Source of the DNA: an uncultured Candidatus Binatia bacterium
Lineage (GTDB): Bacteria; Desulfobacterota; Binatia; Bin18
Assembly (NCBI GenBank): GCA_965200965.1
Contig: OZ241744.1
Span: 3,328,001 to 3,392,000 of the forward strand
DNA: 64,000 bases
Reading direction: 5' to 3'
The notes under the pieces were generated by a model, which did no database searches, was not told the DNA's origin, and saw nothing but the letters and a program-made list of their open reading frames with translations. Positions 20,153 to 30,720 of this stretch are shown piece by piece. Position 1 is the first letter of the stretch; the number at the start of each line of letters is the position of its first letter. A program made the position numbers and the translations under genes.

Positions 20153-21025
20153 CTAGGCTAAGAACTCGACAATCGCCTGCGCGATCTCGGCCGGCGAGTC
20201 TTCCTGCACAAAATGGTTGCCCCTGACCGTCACCTCTGTTTGATTCGGCCAGCTTCGGCAGAACTCGCGCTGCTGGCCGGTCAGGATGGCACCCGGGTCG
20301 GCGTTCACAAACAGCTTGGGGATATCACTGCGGGCCAGCCAGGCGGCGTAGGCATCCACAATCCGGGTCACATCGGCCGGTTCGCCGTCAATGGGAATCT
20401 GGCGCGGCCAGGTCAGGGTCGGCCGCCGGGACTCGCCGGCTTCCAGATACGGGCGTCGATACACCGCCATTTCCTCGTCGCTCAGCTTCCGCAGTACGCT
20501 GGCCGGCAGAATACGTTCCACAAAGGTGTTCTTTTGCAGCACCATTTCTTCCCCGGCCGGCGAGCGCAGGGCCTGAAAAATCTGGCGTGCTGCTTCGGGC
20601 CAGGTCGCCCAACGCAAGGGCTGGACAACGGCCTCCATGTAGGCCAGCGCCTTGACCCGCTCCGGGTGGCGGTGGGCCCAGTAAAACCCCAGGGCCGAAC
20701 CCCAGTCATGCACAACCAGGGTGACATTGCGGGTCAGCCCCAGGGCTTCAAACCAGGCGTCCAGATAGCGGGCGTGGTCCACAAACCGGTAGGAACCGGC
20801 CGGGTTCTTGCCCGAATCGCCCATGCCGATCAGGTCCGGGGCCAGACAGCGGCGGGCTTGGGCCACCCGCGGAATCACATTCCGCCACAAATAGGACGAA
20901 GTCGGGTTGCCGTGCAGGAAGACGACCGGATCACCCGAGCCGGTATCGACATAGGCCATGTCGCTGTCCAGCACCTTGGTCCGTTTGCGTTGGTAGGGGT
21001 CTTTGGCCGAGATGGCTTCGCTCAT
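20153..21025 (-). CDS. dhaA: Haloalkane dehalogenase
   Basis: [43 protein letters not shown]. Confidence 0.9.
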   Translation of the reverse strand: MSEAISAKDPYQRKRTKVLDSDMAYVDTGSGDPVVFLHGNPTSSYLWRNVIPRVAQARRCLAPDLIGMGDSGKNPAGSYRFVDHARYLDAWFEALGLTRNVTLVVHDWGSALGFYWAHRHPERVKALAYMEAVVQPLRWATWPEAARQIFQALRSPAGEEMVLQKNTFVERILPASVLRKLSDEEMAVYRRPYLEAGESRRPTLTWPRQIPIDGEPADVTRIVDAYAAWLARSDIPKLFVNADPGAILTGQQREFCRSWPNQTEVTVRGNHFVQEDSPAEIAQAIVEFLA

Positions 21026-21041
21026 GGGGCTCCTCCTTGTG

Positions 21042-22076
21042 TCAGTGGGTTGTCTTGGCAATATCGGCCATCAGATGATAGGCAGCACGCTGCTGCGAGG
21101 ACACCAGCATCGTCGTCACCCCGGCGTCTTCCCAGGCGGTGAAGCGTTGCCGGATGCGCGCCTGTGGGCCGCACAGCGACAGCTCGTCGCACAGCTCGTC
21201 CGGCACCGCTTCGGTGGCCTCGGCCTTGCGACCGGCCAGATACAGTTCCTGAATCCGGGCCGCGGCCTCACCATAGCCGTACCTGGTGACCATCTCGTTA
21301 TGAAAGTTCCTGCTGCGGGCACCCATGCCGCCGACATACAACGCCAGGGTCGGCTTGATCTCAGCCAGGCAGGCTTGGACATCATCGCCGATAATCACCG
21401 TGCAGCCGGCCGCAATATCCCAGTCCCGCCACGACTTGCCGCTGCCGGCGCGCCGAAAACCGTCTTCGATGTCTGCGGTGTAGATTCCGGTGCGCTGGGG
21501 CGAGAACCAGATCGGCAGCCAGCCGTCGGCCACCTCCGCGGTCAGCCGCACGCTGCGCGGCTGCATGGTGGCCAGATAGACCGGGAGTTGGCGGGTATGC
21601 AGGATGGATTTCAGCGGTTTACCCAGCCCGGTCGCCCCCGGCCCCTGGTAGGGCAACTGATACGCTTTGCCGTCCACGGCGACCGGCTCTTCGCGGGCCC
21701 AGATTTTGCGCAGAATCTCAACATACTCGCGCAGTCGCACCACCGGTTTGTCGTACGGCACGCCGTGCCAGCCCTCAATGACCTGCGGACCCGACAGCCC
21801 CAGGCCGACCAGGGCCCGCCCCTCGGACAGGGCGTCGAGCGTTGACATGGTCATGGCACACATGGCCGGCGTCCGCCCGGCCAGCTGCATGATGCCGGTG
21901 CCGAGTTTCAGCCGCGTCGTCTTGGCCGCCAGATAGGCCAGCGGCGTGACCGCGTCTGAGCCGTAGGCCTCGGCACTCCACACCGAGTCATAGCCGAGTC
22001 GCTCGGCCTCAAGAATATGTTCCATCGGCAGTCGGACCCGCCCGCCAGAATAGCCAATGCCAATGCCCAGTTTCAT
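21042..22076 (-). CDS. LLM-class F420-dependent oxidoreductase
   Basis: [29 protein letters not shown]. Confidence 0.9.
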   Translation of the reverse strand: MKLGIGIGYSGGRVRLPMEHILEAERLGYDSVWSAEAYGSDAVTPLAYLAAKTTRLKLGTGIMQLAGRTPAMCAMTMSTLDALSEGRALVGLGLSGPQVIEGWHGVPYDKPVVRLREYVEILRKIWAREEPVAVDGKAYQLPYQGPGATGLGKPLKSILHTRQLPVYLATMQPRSVRLTAEVADGWLPIWFSPQRTGIYTADIEDGFRRAGSGKSWRDWDIAAGCTVIIGDDVQACLAEIKPTLALYVGGMGARSRNFHNEMVTRYGYGEAAARIQELYLAGRKAEATEAVPDELCDELSLCGPQARIRQRFTAWEDAGVTTMLVSSQQRAAYHLMADIAKTTH

Positions 22077-22223
22077 GCCAATCCCCTTTGCCTGCGTCGG
22101 TTTCTGGTCCTACCGCTACCGGTGAGGGCGGGGGGAGTCAAGCCGGGGGGCATATCCCAGCCGGAGCGGTGGGTCACAACGGTCAATTGACAGCTCGCCC
22201 CGAAATGGCCGAAGATAGGGCTT

Positions 22224-22499
22224 ATGCACGAATCAGTGAGTACCAGACAGCTTCGGTCGCGCTTGGCCGGCTACCTCAGGCAGGTCGAAAACGGACAGAC
22301 CCTGATTGTGGTCCGGCAGGGACAGCCGGTTGCCGAGCTGCGGCCCTACAGCGCAAGCGGTCAAGCCGAGCCGGAGGCCCCGGCTGGGCTGTCGCCCGCG
22401 GCGGCCGGCATGATCGGGCTGGGGCTGACCGGCTATCAGTGTCATCTGGATAGTCCGGGCGAGGAGGCAGCAGTGGAGGTTGAAGAAGAGCCGGCCTGA
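22224..22499 (+). CDS. Phd/YefM-family antitoxin-like protein (no adjacent toxin)
   Basis: VSTRQLRSRLAGYLRQVENGQTLIVVRQGQPVAELRP matches the Phd N-terminal pattern. Confidence 0.7.
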   Translation: MHESVSTRQLRSRLAGYLRQVENGQTLIVVRQGQPVAELRPYSASGQAEPEAPAGLSPAAAGMIGLGLTGYQCHLDSPGEEAAVEVEEEPA

Positions 22500-23137
22500 G
22501 GCTCGGCCTCCAGCCGGTGCTCCAAGGCCCACAGAATCAGCTCAGCCGTCCCCTTCTCGCCCCACTCCCCGGAGTCGAGTTGCAGATGATAGCCCTGGGG
22601 GTCGCGCCATTCGGCCTGATAGCAGTTCTGCACATAGTCGGTCCGCAGCTTGTCCATGCCGGCAATCCGCCGCTCGGCCTCTGAGCGGGTCAGCTTTTCG
22701 ACCTGCCTGGCCCGCTTGATACGCGCCTCCATGGGGGCGAACACAAACACATGCAGGGTATTTGGCCGGTCGGCCAGAATACAGTTGCCGGCCCGCCCGA
22801 CAATGATCGCCTTGCCCTCCTTGGCCACATCTTCAATCAGGCCGCGGGTCAGCCGGGCCAACTGGGTATCGCTCAGGCGCAGCGGCGGGGGAATGTTATA
22901 GGCGGTCTCAAAACCGCCCACCCCAAAAAAGCCGACCAGCCGCTCGATGAACGATCCGACCCGCTCGTCTTTGTTCTCCACATAGCCCTCAGCGACATGC
23001 TGCTGCGAGGCTATCGTTCGCACAATCTCCTTGTCCCAGACTGACCAGCCGAGCCGCTGACCAAGTTCGCGGGCAATGAGACTGCCGCCGCTTCCGTACT
23101 GGTGCGACAGGGTGAGCATCGGCGCTGTCGTCGTCAT
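22442..23137 (-). CDS. Cytidylate kinase-like family protein
   Basis: LTLSHQYGSGG..IARELG, IIVGRAG, HVFVFAP, YHLQLDS. Confidence 0.85.
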   Translation of the reverse strand: MTTTAPMLTLSHQYGSGGSLIARELGQRLGWSVWDKEIVRTIASQQHVAEGYVENKDERVGSFIERLVGFFGVGGFETAYNIPPPLRLSDTQLARLTRGLIEDVAKEGKAIIVGRAGNCILADRPNTLHVFVFAPMEARIKRARQVEKLTRSEAERRIAGMDKLRTDYVQNCYQAEWRDPQGYHLQLDSGEWGEKGTAELILWALEHRLEAEPQAGSSSTSTAASSPGLSR

Positions 23138-23627
23138 AGGTCTGATCCTCGTCCTGTGTTCTCCGCTGCTGCGGCTCTTCATAGCACACTGATTCCCGTC
23201 AGCAAGCAAGTATGCGCGGTGCAGGTAGAGACGTTCTGACAAGCTGTGTCAACGAAAGATGAAGGACCTGGGGCGACAGACCACAGGGGGGAGTGTGTGG
23301 ATTATTCGGGCCCGCCCCACAGGTCACGGCGGTATGCATCGCGTCGTTGCCGAGTCTGGTCCAGCCGTCAAAATCTTACGGCACACCACGGATAAAGACC
23401 GTCCCGTTCAGCGCGCTCGAGCCGCCGACCAACTTTGCCGCGCGGTACCGAGTTAGGGGAGTTCGGGGGTCAGCTTGGTCTTGAATGACCAGTTGTTGGG
23501 ATGGCCGGGGAAACTCGACGCCCTGGAGCCGCCTTGCTGGAGGACGGGTGGAAATTCGTCAATGCGCTCATCGTGGGGTCCGGCGTCAAGCAGCAGATCT
23601 CTCCCTGTCCAGCGCAAAGCCGAGCCA

Positions 23628-24515
23628 TTACCAGGCGAGCGGCCGCCGGCTGTCAACCGCGGGTCTGGCCTGCTCCTTCGTGTTGGCCGCGTTTGGAAAA
23701 AAGAGCTGCTTGCCGTCAATTGTGTAGGCGGTGATGAGTTGCTGGGCCTCCGGGCCGGTCAGCCAGTCGATAAACGCCTGGGCCTGGTCGGCTTTGACAT
23801 GGGGATGCTTGGCCGGGTTGACCCGAATCACCCCGTACTGGTTGAACAGCCGTGGGTCGCCCTCGACCAGGACCCGAAAATCGGCCTTGTTGCGAAAGCT
23901 GATCCAGGTGCCGCGATCGGTCAGGGTATAGCCCGACATGCCGACCGTGGTATTCAAGCTGGCACCCATGCCCGAGCCGGTTTCCCGATACCAGCTCCCG
24001 CTGGCCGCGGTCGGGTCCAGGCCGGCCAGTTGCCACAGGTTCTGCTCTTTTTTATGCGTGCCGCTGTCGTCGCCGCGTGACACAAACACCGCGCGGCTGG
24101 CGGCGATACGTTTCAGTGCCGCCGGCGCGTCGGTCAGCCCGCCGACTGTGGCCGGGTCGGCCGCCGGCCCGACAATCACAAAATCGTTGTACATCACCGC
24201 GTGGCGTTGTACGCCCCAACCCTCGGCAACAAACTGCTCTTCCGCGGCTTTGGCGTGGACGAAGACCACATCGGCATCACCGTTGCGGGCGTTTCTCAGG
24301 GCCTGGCCGGTACCGACCGCCACCACCCGGACCTGGATACCGCTCTGCTCCTGAAAGTGGGGCAGCAGGTGATCGAACAGACCCGAGTTCTGGGTTGAGG
24401 TGGTGGACTGGACAACGATGAACCGGTCTGCGGCCTCGGCCAGCCCACCACCGATAAGCGCCACGGCCAGACCGACCGCGCGGAGAAGATGCCTGGGACA
24501 ATACAGGTGGGCCAT
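23628..24515 (-). CDS. tupA: Tungstate ABC transporter substrate-binding protein
   Basis: STTSTQNSGL (TTTS-like signature), VGTGQAL, MYNDFVIVGP, SRGDDSGTH. Confidence 0.9.
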   Translation of the reverse strand: MAHLYCPRHLLRAVGLAVALIGGGLAEAADRFIVVQSTTSTQNSGLFDHLLPHFQEQSGIQVRVVAVGTGQALRNARNGDADVVFVHAKAAEEQFVAEGWGVQRHAVMYNDFVIVGPAADPATVGGLTDAPAALKRIAASRAVFVSRGDDSGTHKKEQNLWQLAGLDPTAASGSWYRETGSGMGASLNTTVGMSGYTLTDRGTWISFRNKADFRVLVEGDPRLFNQYGVIRVNPAKHPHVKADQAQAFIDWLTGPEAQQLITAYTIDGKQLFFPNAANTKEQARPAVDSRRPLAW

Positions 24516-24546
24516 AGACGCTCCCTGCTGCGCAGCCGCCTGCCGG

Positions 24547-25272
24547 CTACAGCACCAGCCGGCCTTCAAGATAGGCCCGGGCTGGATCCGAGCGGGGCCG
24601 TCCAAAAAACTCCTCAGCCGGTGTATGCTCGGCAATCCGGCCCTGATGGACAAACACGACCTCGTCGGCGATGCGTCGGGCTTGACCGATATCATGGGTG
24701 ACAAGAACGATTTTGGCCCCCTGGCTATCCGCGGTTCGGATCAAGCTTTCTATTGCCGCAACCGTGGCCGGGTCGAGGCTCGCGGTCGGTTCATCCAGCA
24801 ACAAGACTTCCGGCTCCAGGCTGAGCGCCCGCACCAGCGCCAGCCGTTGCTGCTCACCGGCTGACAGGACCCGGGCCGGGCGGTTGGCCACGCCGGACAG
24901 ACCGGCCAGCTCAAGCAGCCGGGTCAGCCGCCCGGGGCGGTCCGGGTGTCTGCCAGGTCGCAGCCCAAGGGCAAAACGGAGATTGGCCCTGACCGAGCGG
25001 CGCAGCAGCACCGGACGTTGAAAGACCAGAGCCTGGCGGCGTCGCACGGCTGCCCCCCAGCCGGTCTGCCCCCACTCAATCAGCCCCGAGGTCGGCCGCA
25101 GCAGACCGTGCAAGAGCCGCAGCAGCAGGCTTTTGCCCGCGCCGTTGGCCCCCATAATCACCGTCCGGGGACCGGCGACCAGCGTCAACTCCACCCCCCT
25201 GATCAGCGCCGTGCCGTTCACCCCGTACACGAGCCGGCTGACCCGGAGCGGCAGCAGGTCAGGCTCAGCCAT
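24547..25272 (-). CDS. tupC: Tungstate ABC transporter ATPase
   Basis: GANGAGKS, LSAGEQQR, LLLDEPT; located between tupB and tupA. Confidence 0.9.
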   Translation of the reverse strand: MAEPDLLPLRVSRLVYGVNGTALIRGVELTLVAGPRTVIMGANGAGKSLLLRLLHGLLRPTSGLIEWGQTGWGAAVRRRQALVFQRPVLLRRSVRANLRFALGLRPGRHPDRPGRLTRLLELAGLSGVANRPARVLSAGEQQRLALVRALSLEPEVLLLDEPTASLDPATVAAIESLIRTADSQGAKIVLVTHDIGQARRIADEVVFVHQGRIAEHTPAEEFFGRPRSDPARAYLEGRLVL

Positions 25273-25972
25273 ACGCCCACCTGTTGGCCGTGCCGCGCAG
25301 AACCGAAACGGCCAGGTTGACCGCCAGGGCCAGCGTCATCAGGATGAGTCCCAGGGCCAGGGCCAGGGCCAGGTCGCCCTTGGACGTTTCCAGGGCGATG
25401 GCGGTCGTCATCACCCGCGTCACATGCCGGATATTGCCGCCGACAATAATCACCGCCCCGACCTCGGCAATAGCCCGCCCGAAACCGGCCAGGGCAACCG
25501 TCAGCAGGCTGTAGCGGGCGTCCCACAGCAGGACCCGGATGGCCGTCAGGGCCGGAACACCCAGCGACTGGAATTGCTCGGCATACTCGTTGTGGAGGTC
25601 TTCAAGCACCTGTCGGGCCAGAGCCGCCACCAGCGGGGTGACCAGCACAGTCTGGGCGATAATCATCGCCGTGGGCGAGTACAGCAGGCGCAGCCAACCG
25701 AACGGCCCGGCGTTTGACAGCAGCAGATACACGCATAACCCCACCACCACCGGCGGCAGCCCCATCAACACGTTCAGCAGGACGACCGCCAGGCCACGAC
25801 CCGGAAAGCGTCCGACGGCCAGGCCGGCCCCGACCGGCAGCCCCAGCCCGCAGGCGATCAGGACGGCGGTCATGCTGACCCGCAGCGACAGACCGGCAAT
25901 TTCAAGCAGCATCGGGTCGGCCCTGACAATCAATCCCCAGGCCAGACCGAGCGCGTGTCCAAAATCGTGCAT
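25265..25972 (-). CDS. tupB: Tungstate ABC transporter permease
   Basis: MGLPPVVVGL, GFGRAIAEVGAVIIVGGNI, TTAIALETSKG. Confidence 0.9.
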   Translation of the reverse strand: MHDFGHALGLAWGLIVRADPMLLEIAGLSLRVSMTAVLIACGLGLPVGAGLAVGRFPGRGLAVVLLNVLMGLPPVVVGLCVYLLLSNAGPFGWLRLLYSPTAMIIAQTVLVTPLVAALARQVLEDLHNEYAEQFQSLGVPALTAIRVLLWDARYSLLTVALAGFGRAIAEVGAVIIVGGNIRHVTRVMTTAIALETSKGDLALALALGLILMTLALAVNLAVSVLRGTANRWAYG

Positions 25973-26184
25973 GGGATGAAATGAGGCTGAATTATTACAA
26001 ACAACGGCCAGGCATGTCAAAAAAAGAACCGCGCCCGGGCGATCGGAGCAGGTCGGCGACCGGGCCCGGCTTGCGGGTGAAGCTGGTTGTCTGGCAGTTG
26101 TGGCGAGCCAGTGGTACAAAGGAAGCTCCGATGGTTCCTGTGCGGAGTCACATACGGAGAATACGATAGCGAGAGGAGAGGAGT

Positions 26185-26793
26185 ATGCCGACCCCATTAG
26201 AAGAGAAGATAGCTGAACTTGATACCATCATCGGCCTGGCGTCGGCCTTGATAGCAGATGCCAAGGCCCTGCTCCGAGCCGAGACAGCCGAGCCGGTACC
26301 GGCGCTCCGCCACAACGGCAACATCACGCCCCCGCCCTCCAGACCGGCCCCCCCGCCCGCGCCTGGCGTCCTGCACGACATCCGGTCGGTCCTGTTTGCC
26401 GCCCCGATGGGCGACCGCCTGCCCACGCCGGCCCACTGGCTGAAATGGGGCGGACAGCTCATCGAGACGGATGAGGTTGTCGATCAGGTGGCGACCTATC
26501 TGCGGGAGATGGGCAAGCCCCTGCCGGAATGGGACACGGTCGGTGCCCATGCATGGTCGTTGTGCGTTGGCAGTGACCCGCACGGCCTGGCCCCGTCGCT
26601 GCACGTTTCGCTGCTGATCCGTGAAGACGGCTACTGGCAGACGACCTGGAGCAGCAAAGACAAGGCCACCCGCCGGCACACCTCCCTCGGCAAGCTGAGC
26701 AACTCCCATCTGCCGAGCCTCATCACCGCCACCGGACACCGGTTGATCCACCTCGGTTGGTATGCCGGGCCGGCAGAGCAGCCGGAAGCCTGA
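26185..26793 (+). CDS. Hypothetical protein upstream of cas10
   Basis: Strong RBS (GAGGAG), N-terminal coiled helix, Pro-rich linker, globular C-terminus; no recognised family. Confidence 0.65.
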   Translation: MPTPLEEKIAELDTIIGLASALIADAKALLRAETAEPVPALRHNGNITPPPSRPAPPPAPGVLHDIRSVLFAAPMGDRLPTPAHWLKWGGQLIETDEVVDQVATYLREMGKPLPEWDTVGAHAWSLCVGSDPHGLAPSLHVSLLIREDGYWQTTWSSKDKATRRHTSLGKLSNSHLPSLITATGHRLIHLGWYAGPAEQPEA

Positions 26794-27014
26794 TGGTACT
26801 ATGCGGGAAGCCCGCCCCGCGGTCGTGCAACAGCCTGTACCGGCTATATGCCATACGGAGCAATCTCCGGGGTTGCACAGTAATGCAGCCCGGGCCGGGC
26901 CAACTGTGGCCGCTTCAGACACGGTATTCGCCGCAATTGCACTCAAGAATGGAAAAGTGATTCGGGAATGGGTAGAAGGAGGCACTTTGATGACGACCTG
27001 CACCGAGGAGGAGT

Positions 27015-29633
27015 ATGGCTCAAGGAATGAACGCCCACAGGCCCGGGCTTGACTGGGATCAATTGCTGCTGACGTATCTCCATGACCCGATTGACAAGGC
27101 CCTGGACATCCGCGGCCACGAGGCACGGGCGGCCCGGTACGCCTCTCGCGCTCTCGGCCGGGAGGTCAGCCGGGAGGAGATAAAAAGCGAGTCATCGCTG
27201 GCCGACCAGCTTGCCGCCAGAGCCGAACGTCTCCCGATGCCGACCGCCGGCGACAGGGGTGAGCGCGCTGTTGGTCCCGATCAGGGCCGGCTCACTGTCC
27301 GCCACCCGGTCAGCGCCCAAACGGACCGGCTGGAAGGGCTGGCTGTTGATGAGACAGGCACGCTTAAAACCATCGGTGGCATTGTTGACGGGCTGCCCGA
27401 CGCGCGCTCCCGCTTTCTGGCCCTGTGGCGACTCCTGCCCGAACGCCTGGGGCTAAACGCCCGGCTGCCAGCCGATACCCGTGTGCCTGACCACAGCCTG
27501 ATTCAGCACGCCGATATCACCGCAGGTCTGTGGGCCAGCCAGGAGGGCGCGCGTGGCGCGGCCCTGCTATCGCTCTCGCTCGGGCCGGTGAAAGACTTTA
27601 TTGCCGCCGCCCGCAGCGTGCGCGACCTGTGGACCGGCAGCGCCATCCTGTCGTGGCTGACCTTCCAGGGTATCTGCCCGGTGCTCGACACACTCGGCCC
27701 TACCGTCCTGGTCTACCCGGCTTTGCGCGGCAATCCGCTGATGGATCTGTGGCTGCGGAATCAGCACGGCCTGGAGAACATCGTACCGCTTCCAGCATCA
27801 GCCTCACGCCGGTCTCCGTCCATCCCCAACCGTTTCGTCGCCCTTGTGCCGTGGGGGCTGGACGGCACCGAGGCTCACGCGCTGGCCGACAACTGCGAAC
27901 AGGCGGTCCGGGCGGCCTGGCGTCGCCTGGCGGACGCTGTGCGCAGTCGTCTTAGCCCGACTCTCCTGGACATTGAGCCCGACTGGGCATGTCGCTGGCC
28001 GGCACAGGTAGACAGCTTCTTTGAGGTCAGGACGGCCACCCTTCCGGTGCGGGACGTGAGGATGGATAAGACGCTGGCCCGTCTGATTGGGGGTAAGGAC
28101 TCGTTCACTGAAGTCTGGCCGGAGGCTGAACGGGTGCGGGGGCTGGCTGACGCGATCCCGCTCGACCAACGTCCGCGCTACCCCCAGCGCTCGGCCGGCC
28201 TTTGGCAGGCCCAGCTTGAAATGTCGGCGCGGCTGATGGCGGCACATCGGTCCGTCCGGCATGTCCCGGCCACCCAGACCGCGCCGGATGAACCTTCGCC
28301 GCCCAAGTGCAGTCTGCTTGGCTCCTATGAGCAGATGGGGCCGGCGGGCCTCAAGGCTTCGCGCAATTTCTGGGCCACAGCCGCCGCTCAAGTTCGCGTC
28401 GAAGGCGTCCCTCTTCGTGACCAGGAGCGCTTTTCCGCTATCGCGCTGTGCAAGCGGTTTGCCGCCCCGGCGTTCCTTGCCAGCGAGTTCGGGATCAAGC
28501 CGTCCGACCTGCGCTTCCCCGACACGGCGACGGTCGCTGCCGCGGAATGGCTGGCCGAGGCAGGCATTGACCCCGATCAAGTCCGGCGCGAACACGACGG
28601 CAAATGGAACGGACGCTGGCTTCACCACAAGCCCCCTGCTGAGAGCGATGACGAGTGCCCTCCAGCGGTCTGGGACCGGATCAAGAGCGCCCGTGCCCGG
28701 AAAGCGCAGGGCACGCCGCCGGCCTACTACGCGATCCTGGCAATGGACGCGGACAACATGGGGAAGTGGCTCAAGGGCGACTACGCTCCGCAGGTCCGCC
28801 ACATCCTGCACCCGAAGATGGTTGACTACTACGAGCGGCTTGGCGACAAGGCCAAGGCCGGCCTCGACGCCAAACGCCCGGTTGGACCGGCTCTGCACGC
28901 CGCCATCAGCGAAGCCCTCAACAATTTTGCCAGCCGTATCGCCCCCAGCATTGTAGAGAAGCATAAGGGCACAATGATCTATTCGGGCGGTGATGACATT
29001 CTGGCCCTGCTGCCGGCGCGCCGGGCGGTTGACGCTGCTGCCGATCTGTACCACGCTTTCCGCGGCGAGGACGGAGGGCCGCCCGGCTGGACGGAGAGAG
29101 ACGGACGCCAACTGCTGACGATGGGCGACACGGCTACCCTGTCCGCCGGTATCGCCTTTGTGCATCACATGGAGGATCTGCGCTTGGCGCTTGCCGCCGC
29201 CCGCCAAGCCGAACAGGCGGCCAAGAACGGCGGCCGGAACTGGCTGAGGCTGCACTTCATGCGCCGCTCTGGCGAGCATTCCAAGGCCGGTCTGTCGTGG
29301 ACGTGCGCACCGTGGTTTCAGAAGATGGTGGCGATCTTCGCCAAAGGGGCGACCGACCGCTGGGCCTATCGTCTGCGTCAGGAACTTCCGACCCTCCAGG
29401 AAGTTCCCGATGCGGCTGTCAGTGCTGAGATAGGCCGGCTTGTCGATCGGACCACACACGACAAGGCGTCAGACCCAGCCGCTCCTTCGGGCACACACGC
29501 AGAAGACTGGTGGCAGAAGTACTACGAGGCTGGCCGGCAGCGGAGCCAACCGGCGGAATTGCCGGAACTGCTCGAATCGTTCACCCTGCTGTGCCAGGGC
29601 GCGGCATTTGTAGCGCGAGGTCACGATGGCTGA
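27015..29633 (+). CDS. cas10: Type III-B Cas10/Cmr2
   Basis: N-terminal YLHDP, PADTRVPDHS, ARSVRDLWTGS, AMDADNMG, intact YSGGDD palm motif. Confidence 0.95.
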   Translation: MAQGMNAHRPGLDWDQLLLTYLHDPIDKALDIRGHEARAARYASRALGREVSREEIKSESSLADQLAARAERLPMPTAGDRGERAVGPDQGRLTVRHPVSAQTDRLEGLAVDETGTLKTIGGIVDGLPDARSRFLALWRLLPERLGLNARLPADTRVPDHSLIQHADITAGLWASQEGARGAALLSLSLGPVKDFIAAARSVRDLWTGSAILSWLTFQGICPVLDTLGPTVLVYPALRGNPLMDLWLRNQHGLENIVPLPASASRRSPSIPNRFVALVPWGLDGTEAHALADNCEQAVRAAWRRLADAVRSRLSPTLLDIEPDWACRWPAQVDSFFEVRTATLPVRDVRMDKTLARLIGGKDSFTEVWPEAERVRGLADAIPLDQRPRYPQRSAGLWQAQLEMSARLMAAHRSVRHVPATQTAPDEPSPPKCSLLGSYEQMGPAGLKASRNFWATAAAQVRVEGVPLRDQERFSAIALCKRFAAPAFLASEFGIKPSDLRFPDTATVAAAEWLAEAGIDPDQVRREHDGKWNGRWLHHKPPAESDDECPPAVWDRIKSARARKAQGTPPAYYAILAMDADNMGKWLKGDYAPQVRHILHPKMVDYYERLGDKAKAGLDAKRPVGPALHAAISEALNNFASRIAPSIVEKHKGTMIYSGGDDILALLPARRAVDAAADLYHAFRGEDGGPPGWTERDGRQLLTMGDTATLSAGIAFVHHMEDLRLALAAARQAEQAAKNGGRNWLRLHFMRRSGEHSKAGLSWTCAPWFQKMVAIFAKGATDRWAYRLRQELPTLQEVPDAAVSAEIGRLVDRTTHDKASDPAAPSGTHAEDWWQKYYEAGRQRSQPAELPELLESFTLLCQGAAFVARGHDG

Positions 29634-30720
29634 CGGTAATACCCTGCTCCGGCTGAACATCAAGCCGGTCGATAGTCTGTTCTTCCGCGACGCGCGGCCA
29701 TTTGAGCTAAGCAGCCATGCGGCCTCTGGTCTGCCCATGCCCCAGACCTTGGCCGGCGCGGTGCGCAGCGTATTGCTGGAGCGGCACGGGGCAGATTTCG
29801 GCCGGCTGGGAGAACGCACCCGGAGCGGAGCTTCCTTTGCCGAGGCTCTCGACAAGTTCGGCCCCACGGTTGCCTCCGTGGCCGCGGTCCAGATACGCGG
29901 CCCGTGGTTCACCCTGAATGGTGAGGTCTTGCTTCCAGCCCCGGCCAGCCTCCAGCAGGAAAAAGAAAGTAGAAAACTCGTGCGGCTTGACCCGCTCCAC
30001 CCCCCGCCTCCTGGCTGGCGGCCTCCAGCCCCGGGGATGTTGCCCCTGTGGCGGTATGGCCAGGAGACTGTCGAGGCCGCCGACGGATTTCTCCGGCTGT
30101 GCGACTTGGCCCGCTTCCTTGAGGGAGGCTGGCCAAAGTCGGACGCTCCGGCCCTGGCAAAGAACGTGCTGGTCCCGGCAAAGAACGTGTACGAGTTTGA
30201 GGACCGCACCGGCATTGGCGTTGATCCGCTGCGTAACGCCGCGCAGGAAGGTCATATCTACGCCGTCCGCATGTTGGTCCTCAAACCCGAAGCTGGCCTG
30301 TCAGCCGAACTGAGCGGCCCTGCCGGTACCCTGGCCCCGCTTGAGGATGAACCGGTCGTGATGAAGTTTGGTGGCGAGGGCCGACACGTCGTCGTCCGAG
30401 CCGAACAGCGGGGCTTTGACTGGCCGCACATTCCGCCTGTGTCGGACAAGGGCCGGCTGGTGCTGCTGACCACACCGGCCTGGTTCAACGGCTGGAAACC
30501 GCCGGCGCTTGATCCGATAGCCGCGGCTGTCGGTCGTCATCAAGCGGTTTCTGGCTGGGACCTGGCCAAAGGCGGCCCCAAGCCCAACCGCTTCATGGTC
30601 CCCGCCGGCTCTGTCTATTTTCTGCCCCCAGACGCCCAGGTCCCGGCCCAACTGGTCACGGACGAAGATGCAAAGCTGGGCTGGGGATGCTTTCTGAAAG
30701 GAAACTGGAGCTATGTCTGA
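29626..30720 (+). CDS. cmr3: Type III-B Cmr3
   Basis: PVDSLFFRDARPF, P.PQTLAGA, FGGEGR, SGWDLAKGGPKP, PAGSVYF. Confidence 0.95.
   Translation: MADGNTLLRLNIKPVDSLFFRDARPFELSSHAASGLPMPQTLAGAVRSVLLERHGADFGRLGERTRSGASFAEALDKFGPTVASVAAVQIRGPWFTLNGEVLLPAPASLQQEKESRKLVRLDPLHPPPPGWRPPAPGMLPLWRYGQETVEAADGFLRLCDLARFLEGGWPKSDAPALAKNVLVPAKNVYEFEDRTGIGVDPLRNAAQEGHIYAVRMLVLKPEAGLSAELSGPAGTLAPLEDEPVVMKFGGEGRHVVVRAEQRGFDWPHIPPVSDKGRLVLLTTPAWFNGWKPPALDPIAAAVGRHQAVSGWDLAKGGPKPNRFMVPAGSVYFLPPDAQVPAQLVTDEDAKLGWGCFLKGNWSYV

Noticed and set aside
23259-23620. Several short overlapping ORFs between the kinase-like gene and tupA
   Set aside because: No recognisable motif or consistent frame; possibly decayed sequence.
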